NCBI RefSeq assembly: GCF_006345805.1
Contig: NC_042998.1
Coordinates: 199,020,001 to 199,084,000, forward strand
Direction of reading: 5' to 3'
Origin: Octopus sinensis
Taxonomy: Eukaryota
Length of the DNA stretch: 64,000 bases
Made by a program: the position numbers and the translations under genes. This document shows positions 38,429 to 50,997 of this stretch, piece by piece. Positions within the stretch are counted from its first letter, which is position 1. Each line of letters begins with the position of its first letter. The notes beneath the pieces are model-generated. The model searched no databases. It saw nothing but the letters and a program-made list of their open reading frames with translations, and was not told the origin of the DNA.

Positions 38429-38864
38429 CATACATACATACATACATACATGTATGCATGCATACATACATACATATACATACATACATACATACATACA
38501 TACATACATACATACATGGAAGGAAGGAAGGAACGAACGAAGATTCTCTAACATTTTGTTCTAAACTTTACAAAATAGAGATAAAAGATAATAGTAGATA
38601 GTGTTTGAGGGTAAAGTTAGATTCCAAACATTCCTCACATCAGAAACCTACACTGCAACAGCTTGGTATTGAAAGATCTGCAAGTCTACGACTGTCTTCA
38701 AAAGAATTACGGAGCATAACCAAAGTTTCTCATGAGATTTTGATAAGGTATCTAAATGTATTTTTCTCTAACACTCCAAATGTACAAGCTTCAAAAGGAG
38801 AAAATCAAAGCAGAGAAATGACAATCGTTTTGTTGATCCACTAGTCAGATATGCCGTGTGTGTA

Positions 38865-38916
<52 letters not shown>

Positions 38917-39009
38917 CGTAAGGTTATATTAATGTTTCTCTCCTGAATAAAAAAAAACTTGTGAATTTAGGGGTCAAACACGGCGACTGGTTGGGAAAAA
39001 AGGGTTTGA

Positions 39010-39548
39010 CAAGAGAGGTGAAAAGAAGGGGGGAATAATAAAGTGTTGGTGATCCCAAAATGAAGATGTGCGTGTGTGTGTGTGTGTGTGTGAGAATGTG
39101 CAAGTGTGTGTGCGGATATGGGCTAGCGACTTTGATGTGTATGGATGTGTGTGTGCGTAAGTGTGTAACCTGTGGGTGTGTGGATGTGCAGATGATGGTG
39201 TGTGGGTGTGCGGATGATGATGTGTAGTGTGGGTTCTGGGAAGTGGTCAGTGCTAGTCTGCAGGTGATATGGTGGTGGATGGGGTGGGGATGTAGGTGTG
39301 GGTGTTGGTGTGGGTGATTGGGAAGGAGTGGTATCAAGGAAGAGAGAATGTGGGGAGGAGTGAAGAAAGGAAGTAGGTGTCAAGGGATGTGAGGAGAGGA
39401 GAAAAGTCAGATGAAGAGAGTAGGGGCGCAAAGGAGCGAAGAGAGAATAATGATTGCTGCTCACGGCGAAGGTGGGAGTCCGGATGGTCCCTGTGCAAAG
39501 ACAATCCGAACACATTCAGGTGTTGTAGTGAATGACCGGTAGCGCAGA
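39010..39548 (-). mobile_element. Penelope-like element 3' fragment (GIY-YIG C-terminus plus CA-rich tail)
   Basis: GHSLQHLNVFGLSLHRDHPDSHLRREQQSLFSLRSFAP resembles the H.L..GL...R..EQ.LIF.L...P end of Penelope-type endonucleases. Confidence 0.55.
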
Positions 39549-39552
39549 TACA

Positions 39553-39573
39553 TATATATATATAAGTTTTACG

Positions 39574-39635
<62 letters not shown>

Positions 39636-39668
39636 TAGATAGATAGATAGATAGATAGAAAGATAGAA

Positions 39669-39703
<35 letters not shown>

Positions 39704-39738
39704 AAGATAGATAGATAGATAGAAAGATAGATAGATAT

Positions 39739-39788
<50 letters not shown>

Positions 39789-39812
39789 GGATAAACAGAT
39801 AGATGGATAAAC

Positions 39813-39886
<74 letters not shown>

Positions 39887-39890
39887 ACAG

Positions 39891-39978
<88 letters not shown>
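39553..39978. repeat. (GATA/GACA)n microsatellite; left flank of the Tx1 array
   Basis: Directly visible; contains GATGGATAAACA variants. Confidence 0.95.
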
Positions 39979-39980
<2 letters not shown>

Positions 39981-42325
39981 GTTTCTTTATTAGCCACACA
40001 GGGCTGCACACAGATAGAACAAATTACAAGGTAGAGCTTTTCTTTTGAAGGTTTAAAAAAAAAAAAAAAAAGGAAGGGGGAGTTTCGATCAAAAGGGATC
40101 GTAAAAGGAGAGAAAGAGGACAAAAAAAAGGGGGGTTAAAAAAAAAAAAAAGGGGGAGAGGAAAAAAAAATTGATCAATAGGGATCGTTATCACAGAAAT
40201 GTCAATATGAAGTGTAAAGGGGAGGACAGGTGAGGTTTACCCGTGGAAAGAAAAGCCTACGGAAAAGACCACGGTAACCTCGGTCAATGAAGTCACATTT
40301 TATATTTCTTTTTTTTTTTTTTTTTTTTTTGCAAATAAGCAACTCTCTGTTTTCGATTTCTGGGTTCATAGGACTATGCTCAAGGTGGCTTCGTCATTCA
40401 TACGTGCCATTCTTGCTACATTCACCCATCTTTTTTTAAAACATTCGCTAGACAAAACTTGCCTCTCTACTCTCACTTTCCTTTTCAAGTGGTACTTGAA
40501 GAAGTTGATGAGAGATTGACCAGAGAGGAAAGTGTTTGTCTCCAATCCTTTCAGACGCGTCCACCAGATACATTCTTTCGCCATAGCCACAAGGATGATG
40601 AAAATAGCTCTTCCTTCCCGTTTGAAGGAAGGAGGCGTGACAATATTGACGATAGACTCAGCTGATAAACCGACTCGTCCCACACGTGACAGCAGTTGTT
40701 CGACATAAGCCCACAGGTCGGAAATTGTTGGACACTGAACGAGTGCGTGCAGAACGGTTTCGTCGCTCTGACCGCATCTCGGGCAGGTCGGCCCCGTGTT
40801 TCTCGAGCCGTGTCTGTAGAGCTTATCCCGAACGGGTAGCGCTTCTCGGTAGCACTGCCAGGCCAGGGATCTCTGGAAGTTGTCCATGGGCCCTGGCCCG
40901 AAAGTCGTCCCGAACAGGCGGGTCAGGTACTCCTCGTCGACGTCCAGGTTCGCCCCGAGCTCGTCGTCGTACCTCCCCTCCACTAAACCCCTATAGAATG
41001 CTTTGGTTGTGTTGAAGTCACTTAAGGTCGACCAGGACGGCAGAGTTGCTTGAGAGCAACGCGACACTCGCGGTGCCATTCGCCCTTCCTCGGCCTCTTT
41101 TTGATCCACGACTGCAGTTCGGTCATGGAGACGAGCTGCGGGAAAGCGTGCCTCACAAACGGCGACCACACCTGTTCACCGTCGTCTACATAGAGCCAGA
41201 GATGTCGCAGTCTCAGCGCGTGTCTGCGCATCATCAACCACGGCATGCCCAGCCCTCCTTTTAACGGGTGTTGACAGCAAATGGATCGCCTGACCATCGG
41301 GACGCATCCTTTCCACAAGAAGCGAAAGAGGATGCGTTGTAGTTTGGTGATGGTAGGGTCGGGACAAGGTACGACGGTCAGGCGGTAGTAGATGACGGAC
41401 GCGATGTACGTGTTCGCCACCTCCGCTCGACCTTTTAGGGACAGTTTCCTCTCGGCCCATTGCCGGGCGAGAGTGACCACCCTAGTCGTTATCTCGTTCC
41501 AGTTCTTCTCCACTTGGAGGTCCGGACAAAACCAGACCCCGAGCAACTCAACCGGGCCGTCTGTCCAGCGTCCCACGACGGAGGCGCTGGTGGACGGCAT
41601 GGGCTTGCTTCTCCAGGTGCCTAGTCGCAAGCCCACTGACTTTTCCCGGTTGATTTTCGCTCCTGTCACCGCTTCGTAGTTTTTCAGTGTCTCGCCGACC
41701 AGCTCGATGTGCTCGTGGCTAGACACTATGACGGTGACGTCGTCCGCGTATGCAGACACGCTCGTCCCGCATCCCAATTCTCGCGGGATGCCCCTTAGAG
41801 TCGCCAGCTTCCGCAGTAGTGGCTCAAGAGTCAATACGTATAGAAGCGCCGAGAGGGGGCATCCCTGACGGACCGAACGTGCAATGTCGAAAGGTCTCGA
41901 TAGATGTCTATTTACGCGAATTACCGAACGGATGACTCTGTACAAGGCAGCTATCCAGCCGCGGAAGACGGACCGAAACCAGCCGCTCTCAGGACTGCCT
42001 CCAAAGAGCGGCTGGTTTCGGTCCCGTCTTCCGCGGCTGGATAGCTGCCTTGTACAGAGGCATCCGTTCGGTAATTCGCGTAAATGGACATCTATCGAGA
42101 CCTTTCGACATTGCACGTTCGGTCCGTCAGGGATGCCCCCTCTCGGCGCTTCTATACGTATTGACTCTTGAGCCACTACTGCGGAAGCTGGCGACTCTAA
42201 GGGGCATCCCGCGAGAATTGGGATGCGGGACGAGCGTGTCTGCATACGCGGACGACGTCACCGTCATAGTGTCTAGCCACGAGCACATCGAGCTGGTCGG
42301 CGAGACACTGAAAAACTACGAAGCG
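39979..42325 (-). mobile_element. Tx1 copy 2 (subfamily A), 5'-truncated in RT, with inverted duplicate 42005-42325
   Basis: Same 3' UTR as copy 1; RQGCPLS, AYADD and CCHC motifs; plus-strand ORF 42050-42343 repeats the RT segment. Confidence 0.95.
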
Positions 42326-42369
42326 AAACAGATAGATAGATAGATGGATAAACAGATAGATGAATAAAC

Positions 42370-42431
<62 letters not shown>

Positions 42432-42473
42432 ACAGATAGATAGATAGATGGATAAACAGATAGATGGATAAAC

Positions 42474-42547
<74 letters not shown>

Positions 42548-42860
42548 GTAGATAGATAACTTTCTTTTATTAGCCACACAGGGCTGAATACAGAGGGGAC
42601 AAATACAAATGCAGAGCTTTTCTTTTCGAGGGTGGAAAAAAATAAAAAATGTAAGATTGCGATCAAAAGGGATCGAGAGGAGGAAAAAAAGGAAAAAAAA
42701 AAAAAATCGTGTATCACAGAAATAATGGTGTAAATATTGATTAACAAGATTGGGTTCATCCGTGGGAAGAAAAGCCTACAGAAAAGACCACGGGAACCCC
42801 AGTCAGGGAGGAAATAAACACATGAGGTCAAAAATGCTCTCTTTCTTTCTTTTTTACGAT

Positions 42861-45800
42861 TTACAGGATCATGCTCAAAATGGTTTCGTTACTAGCACGC
42901 ACCATCTTTGCAACATTCACCATCTTTTTTTTAATCTTTCGCGAGACAAAACTTCCCTCTCCATTCTCACCTTCCTTTTCAAGTGGTACTTGAAAAAGTT
43001 GATGAGCGATTGGCCAGAGAGGTAAGTGTTTGTCTCTAATCCTTTCGCTCGAGTCCACCACACACATTCTTTCACCATGGCCACCAGTACGATGAAAACT
43101 GCCTTGCCTTCCCGGTTGAGGGAAGGGGGCGGAGCAATCTCACGATAGACTCGGCCGATAGGCGGATTCGTCCCACACGTGACAGCAGCCGTTCGGCATA
43201 AGCCCACAGGTCGGAAATGGTTGGACATTGCACGAGTGCATGCAGAACGGTTTCGTCGCTCTGACCGCATCTCGGGCAAGTCGGTCCAGTGTGTCTGGAA
43301 CCGTGTCTGTAGAGCTTATCCCGAACAGGTAATGCTTCTCGATAGCACTGCCAGGCCAGGGATCTTTGGTGATTGTTCATAGGTCCCGGCCCGAAAGTTG
43401 TCCTGAACAGGCGGGTCAGGTGTTCCTCGTCGACGCCCAGACTCTGCCCGAGTTCGTCGTCGCACCTCCCCTCCACTAATCCTCTATAGAATGCCTTTGT
43501 TGTGATGGAGTCGCACAAGTTCGATCCGGACGGCAGAGTTGCTTGAGAGCAACGCGACACTCGCGGTGCCATTCGCCTAGCCTCGGTCTCTGCTTGATCC
43601 ATGACTGTAGTTCGTCCAAGGAGACGAGCTGCGGGAAAGCGCGCCGCACAAAAGGCGACCACCCCTGTTCACCGTTGTCTATGAAGCGCCGGAGATGTCG
43701 CAGTCTCAGCGCATGTCTGCGCATCATCAACCACGGCATGCCCAGCCCTCCATTTAGCGGGTGTTGGCAGCAAATGGATCGCCTAACCATCGGAACGTTT
43801 CCCTTCCACAAGAAGCGGAAGAGTATGCGTTCCAGTTTGGTGATGGTAGGGTCGGGACAAGGCACGACGGTCAGACGATACTCGATGACGGATGCGATGT
43901 ACGCGTTCGCCACCTCCGCCCGACCTTTTAGGGATAGCTTTCTCTCAGTCCATTTCTGGTGAGAGTAGCCACCCTAGTCGTTATCTCGCCCCAGTTCTTC
44001 TCCATTTGGAGGTCCGGACCGAACCAGACCCCCGAGCATTTTAACCGGTCCGTCCGTCCAGCGTCCCACGATGGAGACGCTGTTGGACGGCATGGGCTTG
44101 CTTCTCCAGGTGCCGAGCCGCAAGCCCACTGACTTTTCCCCCGTTAATTTTTGCTCCCGTTACCGCTTCGTATTCTTTCAGTGTCTCGCCGACCAGCTCG
44201 ATGTGCTCGTAGCTCGACACTATGACGGTGACGTCATCCGCGTATGCAGACACGCTCCTCCCGCATCCCAGCTCTCGTGGGATGCCCCTCAGCGTCGCCA
44301 GTTTCCGCAGTAGTGGCTCAAGAGTCAGTACATACAGCAGCAATGAGAGGGGGCATCCCTGACGAACCGAACGCATGATGTTAAAAGGTCTGGATAGATG
44401 ACCATTTACGCGAACTACTGAGCGGATGCCGCTGTATAAGGCAGCGATCCAACCGCGGAAAACTGGACCGAAACCAGCCGCTTTGAGGACAGCCTCCAAG
44501 TATTGATGGTCTACCCTATCGAAGGCTTTTGATTGATCCAAATTGATCAGCGCCCCACCCATGCCAGGATTTTTAACTACCCTGTCTATGATGTAGCGCA
44601 TCAGATGGAGGTTGTCATGAATACTTCTCCCGGCACGGCGCATGTTGCGCCTTGTCGATTAGTTTCTTGATGACAAGCGCCAACCTCTCGGCTAACACCT
44701 TGGCCAAAATTTTCAAATCTGCGTTGAGCAGAGTGATGGGCCTGAAATTATCTATGACGTCCCCCTTGTTTGGGTCTTTCTTGATCAGTGCCACTGCTCC
44801 TCGCTTTACACAAAGCAGGAATACTCCCGTTCTGCTGCCAGTTGCAGTAGACAGCTGCCAAGACGCCTCCAAACAAGTCTGGCATATGAAAATAAAATTC
44901 GTAGGGCAGACCATCCAAGCCTGGTGACTTGTCTCTCGCGCAGCCTACCATCGCATCCTGTACGTCCGCAGCTGTGATAGGCTTTTCACACAAGACTCCA
45001 CCTCCCTTGCTGAGAGTCGTGGCAAGGCATGCAGGTAGGCACTAAAGTCCACTCTGCTTTCTGACTCACCACTTGTCCCAAACAGTTGGTGAAGTGTTGT
45101 TGAAAAACCCCACACATCCTTTTAGGCTCGAGCAATTCGCGCCCCTGTTCATCTATAAGAGACTTGATGGTGGCTCTGTTGCCTCGTTGCGTCTCCACCA
45201 CTCGGGTCTCTTGGGCGGCTCCAACTCCTTCGTTCCTCAGAGCACGCATCCTAGCTCTGACAACGCATCCCTCGTGTTTGGCGTTGAGGTGTTGATCGAG
45301 GGCCAATCTCGCCGCCAGTACGTTGGACGCGATGCCAGTTCTAAGTGCCTCTTCTAAAACCTTAACTAAATCTCCCTCTATTCTATTTCGGTCTAATGCT
45401 AGGGCTCTACTGTATCTGACTGATTCTGCTTTAATCGCTTTTTTTAGGGCATACCACCATCTGTTGTTGATGATGGTACCCGTCAAAGCTCTCTTAACTA
45501 ATGTGCTGATCCGGTCCCTGTAAACCTGTCGTGCTGTAAAAGACGCGTTCAGTTTCCAGTAACCAGGACCCTGCCTATGTGTCTTATCTAAGTCAAGTGT
45601 ACAAGTCACAACTTGTGATCTGTGTAACTGACTATATGAAATTGTGGACAACCTACACTATTTTTCTATTGTCCTACAGAATACTCTATCTAAGTATGAT
45701 CTGGACGACCCGATGCGGTTACTCTCCATGTCCACATTGGCACATTCGGGTGGTCCAGTCGGTACCTGTCAGACAGTTGGAAACGTCTGAGCAGGTCTTT

Positions 45801-46292
45801 GAGGCATTTGCATCCCCTTCTATTGCTATCTCTGCCCACGTAGTCTAGATGCGTGTCCAGGTGGCATTCCATCCCCCACTAAAAGTAAAGGACGAGACGT
45901 TCCCATGAAAGACTCTAGACGTCGAAAGAAATCTGGTCGGCCTGTTAAGGACGGAGCATAAACTGCTATCAGTCGAAAAGCACACTCATTGCTGCCATCG
46001 ACATCTAAAACGACCAGCCTACCCTCCGGGTCTAGGAATTTGCTCTTACTTTGAGATCCAGACTCTTCCGGATAAGCACCGCGGTGCCACCTCCGCCCAT
46101 TCTCGGTAGACACGGAGAAAAATAAATGTTGAAATGTGTACCGAAAATGTGCTGGAGTGCCCGCAAGCTGTGGAGTCTGGTCTCACTGATGGCTATGATA
46201 TTCAGATTTAGTGACTTGATGTCATTTAACAGGTAGCCTTGTTTCCAAGGCGACCCCAAGCCACGTACATTTATACTACCTATTCTGAGCAT
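42861..46292 (-). pseudogene. Tx1 ORF2 (APE endonuclease, reverse transcriptase, CCHC zinc finger), multiply frameshifted
   Basis: MLRIGSINVRGL..AISETRL; VYAP; LLVGD; GPGYWKLNAS; NFRPITLLNADLKIL; DQSKAFDRVDH; RQGCPLS; AYADDV; TCPRCGQSDETVLHALVQC. Confidence 0.92.
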
Positions 46293-46334
46293 GTTCCGAT
46301 AAAAGTGCAAAAAAGGAAAAGGAGAGAGAAAAGG

Positions 46335-48120
46335 TTACTTGTTTTTCGAAAGTTCTTTGTCTTTCACCTCACGGTCTTCTTCTATGAGGCTTTTATACAG
46401 TTTTTTCGATGAGTACTTTTGAAATCTCCCTACTGCATCAGGGTAAAGAGATTTCAGGGTGCTGTATGTGTTCTGTGTCACGTGTATTATTTTAATGTGT
46501 TGTGGTGGTGTTGTGTGTGGGTGGTTACTTGTTTTTATGTCGTTTTCAGTAATGTTAGTGTTTGACCTAATGTGTTCCATTAGGTCGTGGTTGTTTGTGT
46601 TAATGGTTGTCAACATTTTGGGGGGGTTTGATGATGGTGTGTTTGTGTTGATGTGTGTGTTTTCTGTGGATGTTTTTGTTTCGGGAGTGGTGTATCTTCC
46701 CGCTTTGTTTGTTATTTTTTCTTTTCTTTTTTTTCCCCTTTTTCTTCTCCCCCCTGTGGCTATTTGCCAATCTTCCGTGTCTTCTTCGTCTAATGACAGA
46801 TCAGACGAATCGGAGTCTGGAAGAGGGATAGTATTGGGGTCTATTGTCGACTGTGTTGATTTTGTTGTTGGTGTTGGTTGGTGAGCGTTTGGTTGTGGTG
46901 TATGCGGTTTTGGATGTGGGGTTTGGGTATTTTGTGTTTGAGTGATTGTGGGTATTGTTGTGTTGTTTAGGGTCTCAATTTTGTGGGGATTTGGAGTTGT
47001 AATTGTTTCTTCATTTTTGCTGGGTGTGTCTTTTTGGCAGATGTCCTTGGTTTGGGAGTTGGTATATTCTTGGTTGTTGTTGTTGGTGATGCTGCTTTGT
47101 TCTTGGTGCTGCAGTTGGTGTGGTTGTTTGTTTGGTGAGGTTTGTTCCTGCAAAAAGTGGTGTGGGTAGTAAACCTTGTTTATTTGTTTTTGTTTCCGGC
47201 TGCTGTTGTTGTTGCTGTTGTTTTCTTGCGGCAGATTTGCAGTCTTTTTTTAGGTGTTGCTCACTGCCGCATATGTAGCAACGTGGTCTTCTGCCATCGA
47301 CGACCACATATAACTTGTGGTCGTCTGATACACATATCTGGGTGGGTATTTTTTTATATCTTCATGATGTATATGTAGAAGAAATTCTACTTTTTTTCCC
47401 ACCCAGTTTTTATGCTCTGTGACTGTGGTTTCCAAAATAGTATAATTCGCCATTTTTACGCATAAGGCCTTTACAAGCCATAGACTATTGGCTATTTTGG
47501 GGACATTGTTTAGAGTGATCTTAGTCACTTTCTGTCCCCGATAGCTTGGTGTAAGTTGGAGTTCATCTGAGTGAAGAGTTAGCGTTGAGAAATGTCTAGC
47601 TAACTCTTCGGTGTAGAAAACAACTTGTATGTGGGCAAATTTGTTCCACCAGGTTACATATTCTTTGTGATCCCAGATGGGTTTCAAGCACTTCTCTATT
47701 TTGCTTGTGTTGGCCTTCTCTGGGATTTTTGTTTTTTTTTTTAACTATTTTATAAATGATTGTTCGTCTTTTTTCATTTTCCAAAATGTCTTCTGGTATG
47801 TTTATGTTTACTATACCTTCTGATTCTGTTATTTTGATGTTCGTGTCCTGTATTTGTTGAGCCGTAAAGTATATTGTTGTTTTTTTTTTTAATCGCCTCA
47901 GCGAAATTTGTTGTTGTTTGTTATTGTTGTTGCTTGTGGTGATGTTGTTGTTGGCTGCAGTTTGTAAAATTGGTGTGTTTGGTTCGATCGTGCAAGTAGG
48001 AAAGGGTGGAAAATTGCCTGCGTACTTTAGTCCTGCACTAGGGCAAATTTCGACATTTCGTTTGCTTGTCGTCGTTATTTTTTCACTGTTGGTGATGGAG
48101 TGAGCAGTGGTTGAAGGGAA

Positions 48121-48152
<32 letters not shown>

Positions 48153-48489
48153 ATTGTCGTTCTTGGTGACGGCGGTGGTGTTGGTAGTATTAGTAGCATT
48201 GACGGCACGGTCTTTGGTGGCGGTGATGGTGATGTTGGTGTTGTTATTGGTGGCGATATCTTTAGTAGGGATAGCAGTTTTAGTAGCAGATTCTGCCATG
48301 GTGTTGGTGGTGGTGGTGGACTCACTGATGGTGTTGACGGTGCTTGGCCTTGCGACCTTTGTTTTGTATTTGTTGCTGTTGATGGTGGTGGAGTTGTCAG
48401 GTTCGGCGTATGCTAACAGAGCATCCTGTTTTTCTGTTTCTGCGCGTTACGCTTGACTTGCCCTCAGCCTCGTGGTGGCCAGTGGCCAT
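46335..48489 (-). pseudogene. Tx1 ORF1 (gag-like nucleic-acid-binding protein with CCHC knuckle), frameshifted
   Basis: RPRCYICGSEQHLKKDC (C-X2-C-X4-H-X4-C) at ~47240-47300; basic GGRRKRGKKRKEK patch; Thr/Asn/Pro-rich linkers; start ATG at 48489 is inferred. Confidence 0.75.
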
Positions 48490-48706
48490 TTTGGAAATAA
48501 AATGGCTAAATGAAACCACGAAGGCTATGAGAATTTTTTCTTTTAAATTTTGCCCACAAGGGGCAAAATTTTGTGTCGATATTTATCAAAGGTTTACAGT
48601 GGATGTTGTTGCACAACTTTTAAGCACAAAATGTTTGTCAATATACACTTTTAAATAGTCAAAATAAATGATTACCTTCGGAGCTGAAACGACATCACAT
48701 CCGTCA

Positions 48707-48736
<30 letters not shown>

Positions 48737-48737
<1 letters not shown>

Positions 48738-49977
48738 TGTTTCTTTATTAGCCACACAGGGCTGCACACAGATAGAACAAATTACAAGGTAGAGCTTTTC
48801 TTTTGAAGGTTTAAAAAAAAATTAAAAAAAAAAAAAAGGAAGGGGGAGTTACGATCAAAAGGGATTGTAAAAGGAGAGAAAGAGGACAAAAGAAAGGGGG
48901 TGTTAAAAAAAAAAAAAAAAAAAAAAGGGGGAGAGGAAAAAAAAATTGATCAATAGGGATCGTTATCACAGAAATGTCAATATGAAGTGTAAAGGGGAGG
49001 ACAGGTGAGGTTTACCCGTGGAAAGAAAAGCCTAGGGAAAAGACCACGGTAACCTCGGTCAATGAAGTCACATTTTATATTTCTTTTTTTTTTTTTTTTT
49101 TTTGCAAATAAGCAACTCCCTGTTTTCGATTTCTGGGTTCATAGGACTATGCTCAAGGTGGCTTCGTCATTCATACGTGCCATTCTTGCTACGTTCACCC
49201 ATCTTTTTTAAAACATTCGCTAGACAAAACTTGCCTCTCTACTCTCACTTTCCTTTTCAAGTGGTACTTGAAGAAGTTGATGAGAGATTGACCAGAGGGG
49301 AAAGTGTTTGTCTCCAATCCTTCCAGACGCGTCCACCAGATACATTCTTTCGCCATAGCCACAAGGATGATGAAAATAGCTCTTCCTTCCCGTTTGAAGG
49401 AAGGAGGCGTGACAATATTGACGATAGACTCAACTGATAAACCGACTCGTCCCACACGTGACAGCAGTTGTTCGACATAAGCCCACAGGTCGGAAATTGT
49501 TGGACACTGAACGAGTGCGTGCAGAACGGTTTCGTCGCTCTGCCCGCATCTCGGGCAGGTCGGCCCCGTGTTTCTCGAGCCGTGTCTGTAGAGCTTATCC
49601 CGAACGGGTAGCGCTTCTCGGTAGCACTGCCAGGCCAGGGATCTCTGGAAGTTGTCCATGGGCCCTGGCCCGAAAGTCGTCCCGAACAGGCGGGTCAGGT
49701 ACTCCTCGTCGAACAACTACTGTCACGTGTTGGACGAGTCGGTTTATCAGCTGAGTCTATCGTCAATATTGTCACGCCTCCTTCCTTCAAACGGGAAGGA
49801 AGAGCTATTTTCATCATCCTTGTGGCTATGGCGAAAGAATGTATCTGGTGGACGCGTCTGAAAGGATTGGAGACAAACACTTTCCCCTCTGGTCAATCTC
49901 TCATCAACTTCTTCAAGTACCACTTGAAAAGGAAAGTGAGAGTAGAGAGGCAAGTTTTGTCTAGCGAATGTTTTAAA

Positions 49978-49978
<1 letters not shown>
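48737..49978 (-). mobile_element. Tx1 copy 4 (subfamily A), 5'-truncated, with inverted duplicate 49708-49978
   Basis: 3' UTR nearly identical to copy 2; CCHC domain; plus-strand repeat of 49206-49476. Confidence 0.95.
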
Positions 49979-50037
<59 letters not shown>

Positions 50038-50039
50038 AC

Positions 50040-50070
<31 letters not shown>

Positions 50071-50071
50071 C

Positions 50072-50115
<44 letters not shown>

Positions 50116-50116
<1 letters not shown>

Positions 50117-50793
50117 TGTTTCTTTATTAGCCACACAGGGCTGCACACAGATAGAACAAATTACAAGGTAGAGCTTTTCTTTTGAAGGTATTAAAAAAAA
50201 AAATAAAAAAAAAAAAGGAAGGGGGAGGTTCGATCAAAAGGGATCGTAAAAGGAGAGAAAGAGGACAAAAATAAGGGGGTTAAAAAAAAAAAAAAAAAAA
50301 GGGGGGAGAGGAAAAAAAAATGATCAATAGGGATCGTTATCACAGAAATGTCAATATGAAGTGTAAAGGGGAGGACAGGTGAGGTTTACCCGTGGAAAGA
50401 AAAGCCTGCAGAAAAGACCACGGTAACCTCGGTCAATGAAGTCACATTTTATATTTCTTTTTTTTTTTTTTTTTTTTTTGCAAATAAGCAACTCTCTGTT
50501 TTCGATTTCTGGGTTCATAGGACTATGCTCAAGGTGGCTTCGTCATTCATACGTGCCATTCTTGCTACATTCACCCATCTTTTTTTAAAACATTCGCTAG
50601 ACAAAACTTGCCTCTCTACTCTCACTTTCCTTTTCAAGTGGTACTTGAAGAAGTTGATGAGAGATTGACCAGAGAGGAAATTGTTTGTTGTCCAATCCTT
50701 TCAGACGCGTCCACAGATACATTCTTTCGCCATAGCCACAAGGATGATGAAAATAGCTCTTCCTTCCCGTTTGAAGGAAGGAGGCGTGACAAT
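50116..50793 (-). mobile_element. Tx1 copy 5 (subfamily A), ~680-bp 3' fragment
   Basis: Same 3' UTR and ORF2 C-terminus; GATA on both sides. Confidence 0.95.
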
Positions 50794-50890
<97 letters not shown>

Positions 50891-50907
50891 GTAGATAGAT
50901 AGATAGC

Positions 50908-50993
<86 letters not shown>
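50794..50993. repeat. (GATA)n microsatellite; right flank of the Tx1 array
   Basis: Directly visible. Confidence 0.95.
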
Positions 50994-50994
<1 letters not shown>

Positions 50995-50997
50995 GTA

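Larger units (their letters stand above)
42559..48707 (-). mobile_element. Tx1 copy 3 (subfamily B), apparently full-length ~6.15 kb
   Basis: 5' UTR, ORF1 region, ORF2 region and 3' UTR ending AATAAAAGAAAGT in (TATC)n; both ends in GATA tracts. Confidence 0.95.

Noticed and set aside
38605-38844. KVSHEILIRYL as RT domain fragment
   Set aside because: A single short match without the preceding DFSKAFD or neighbouring domains.
41022-42245. 407-aa minus-strand ORF as a novel chimeric protein
   Set aside because: Produced by the inverted duplication: antisense RT sequence fused in frame to sense RT.
39979-50793. Tx1 array as a simple tandem or segmental duplication
   Set aside because: Copies differ in subfamily, truncation point and 5' junction structure.
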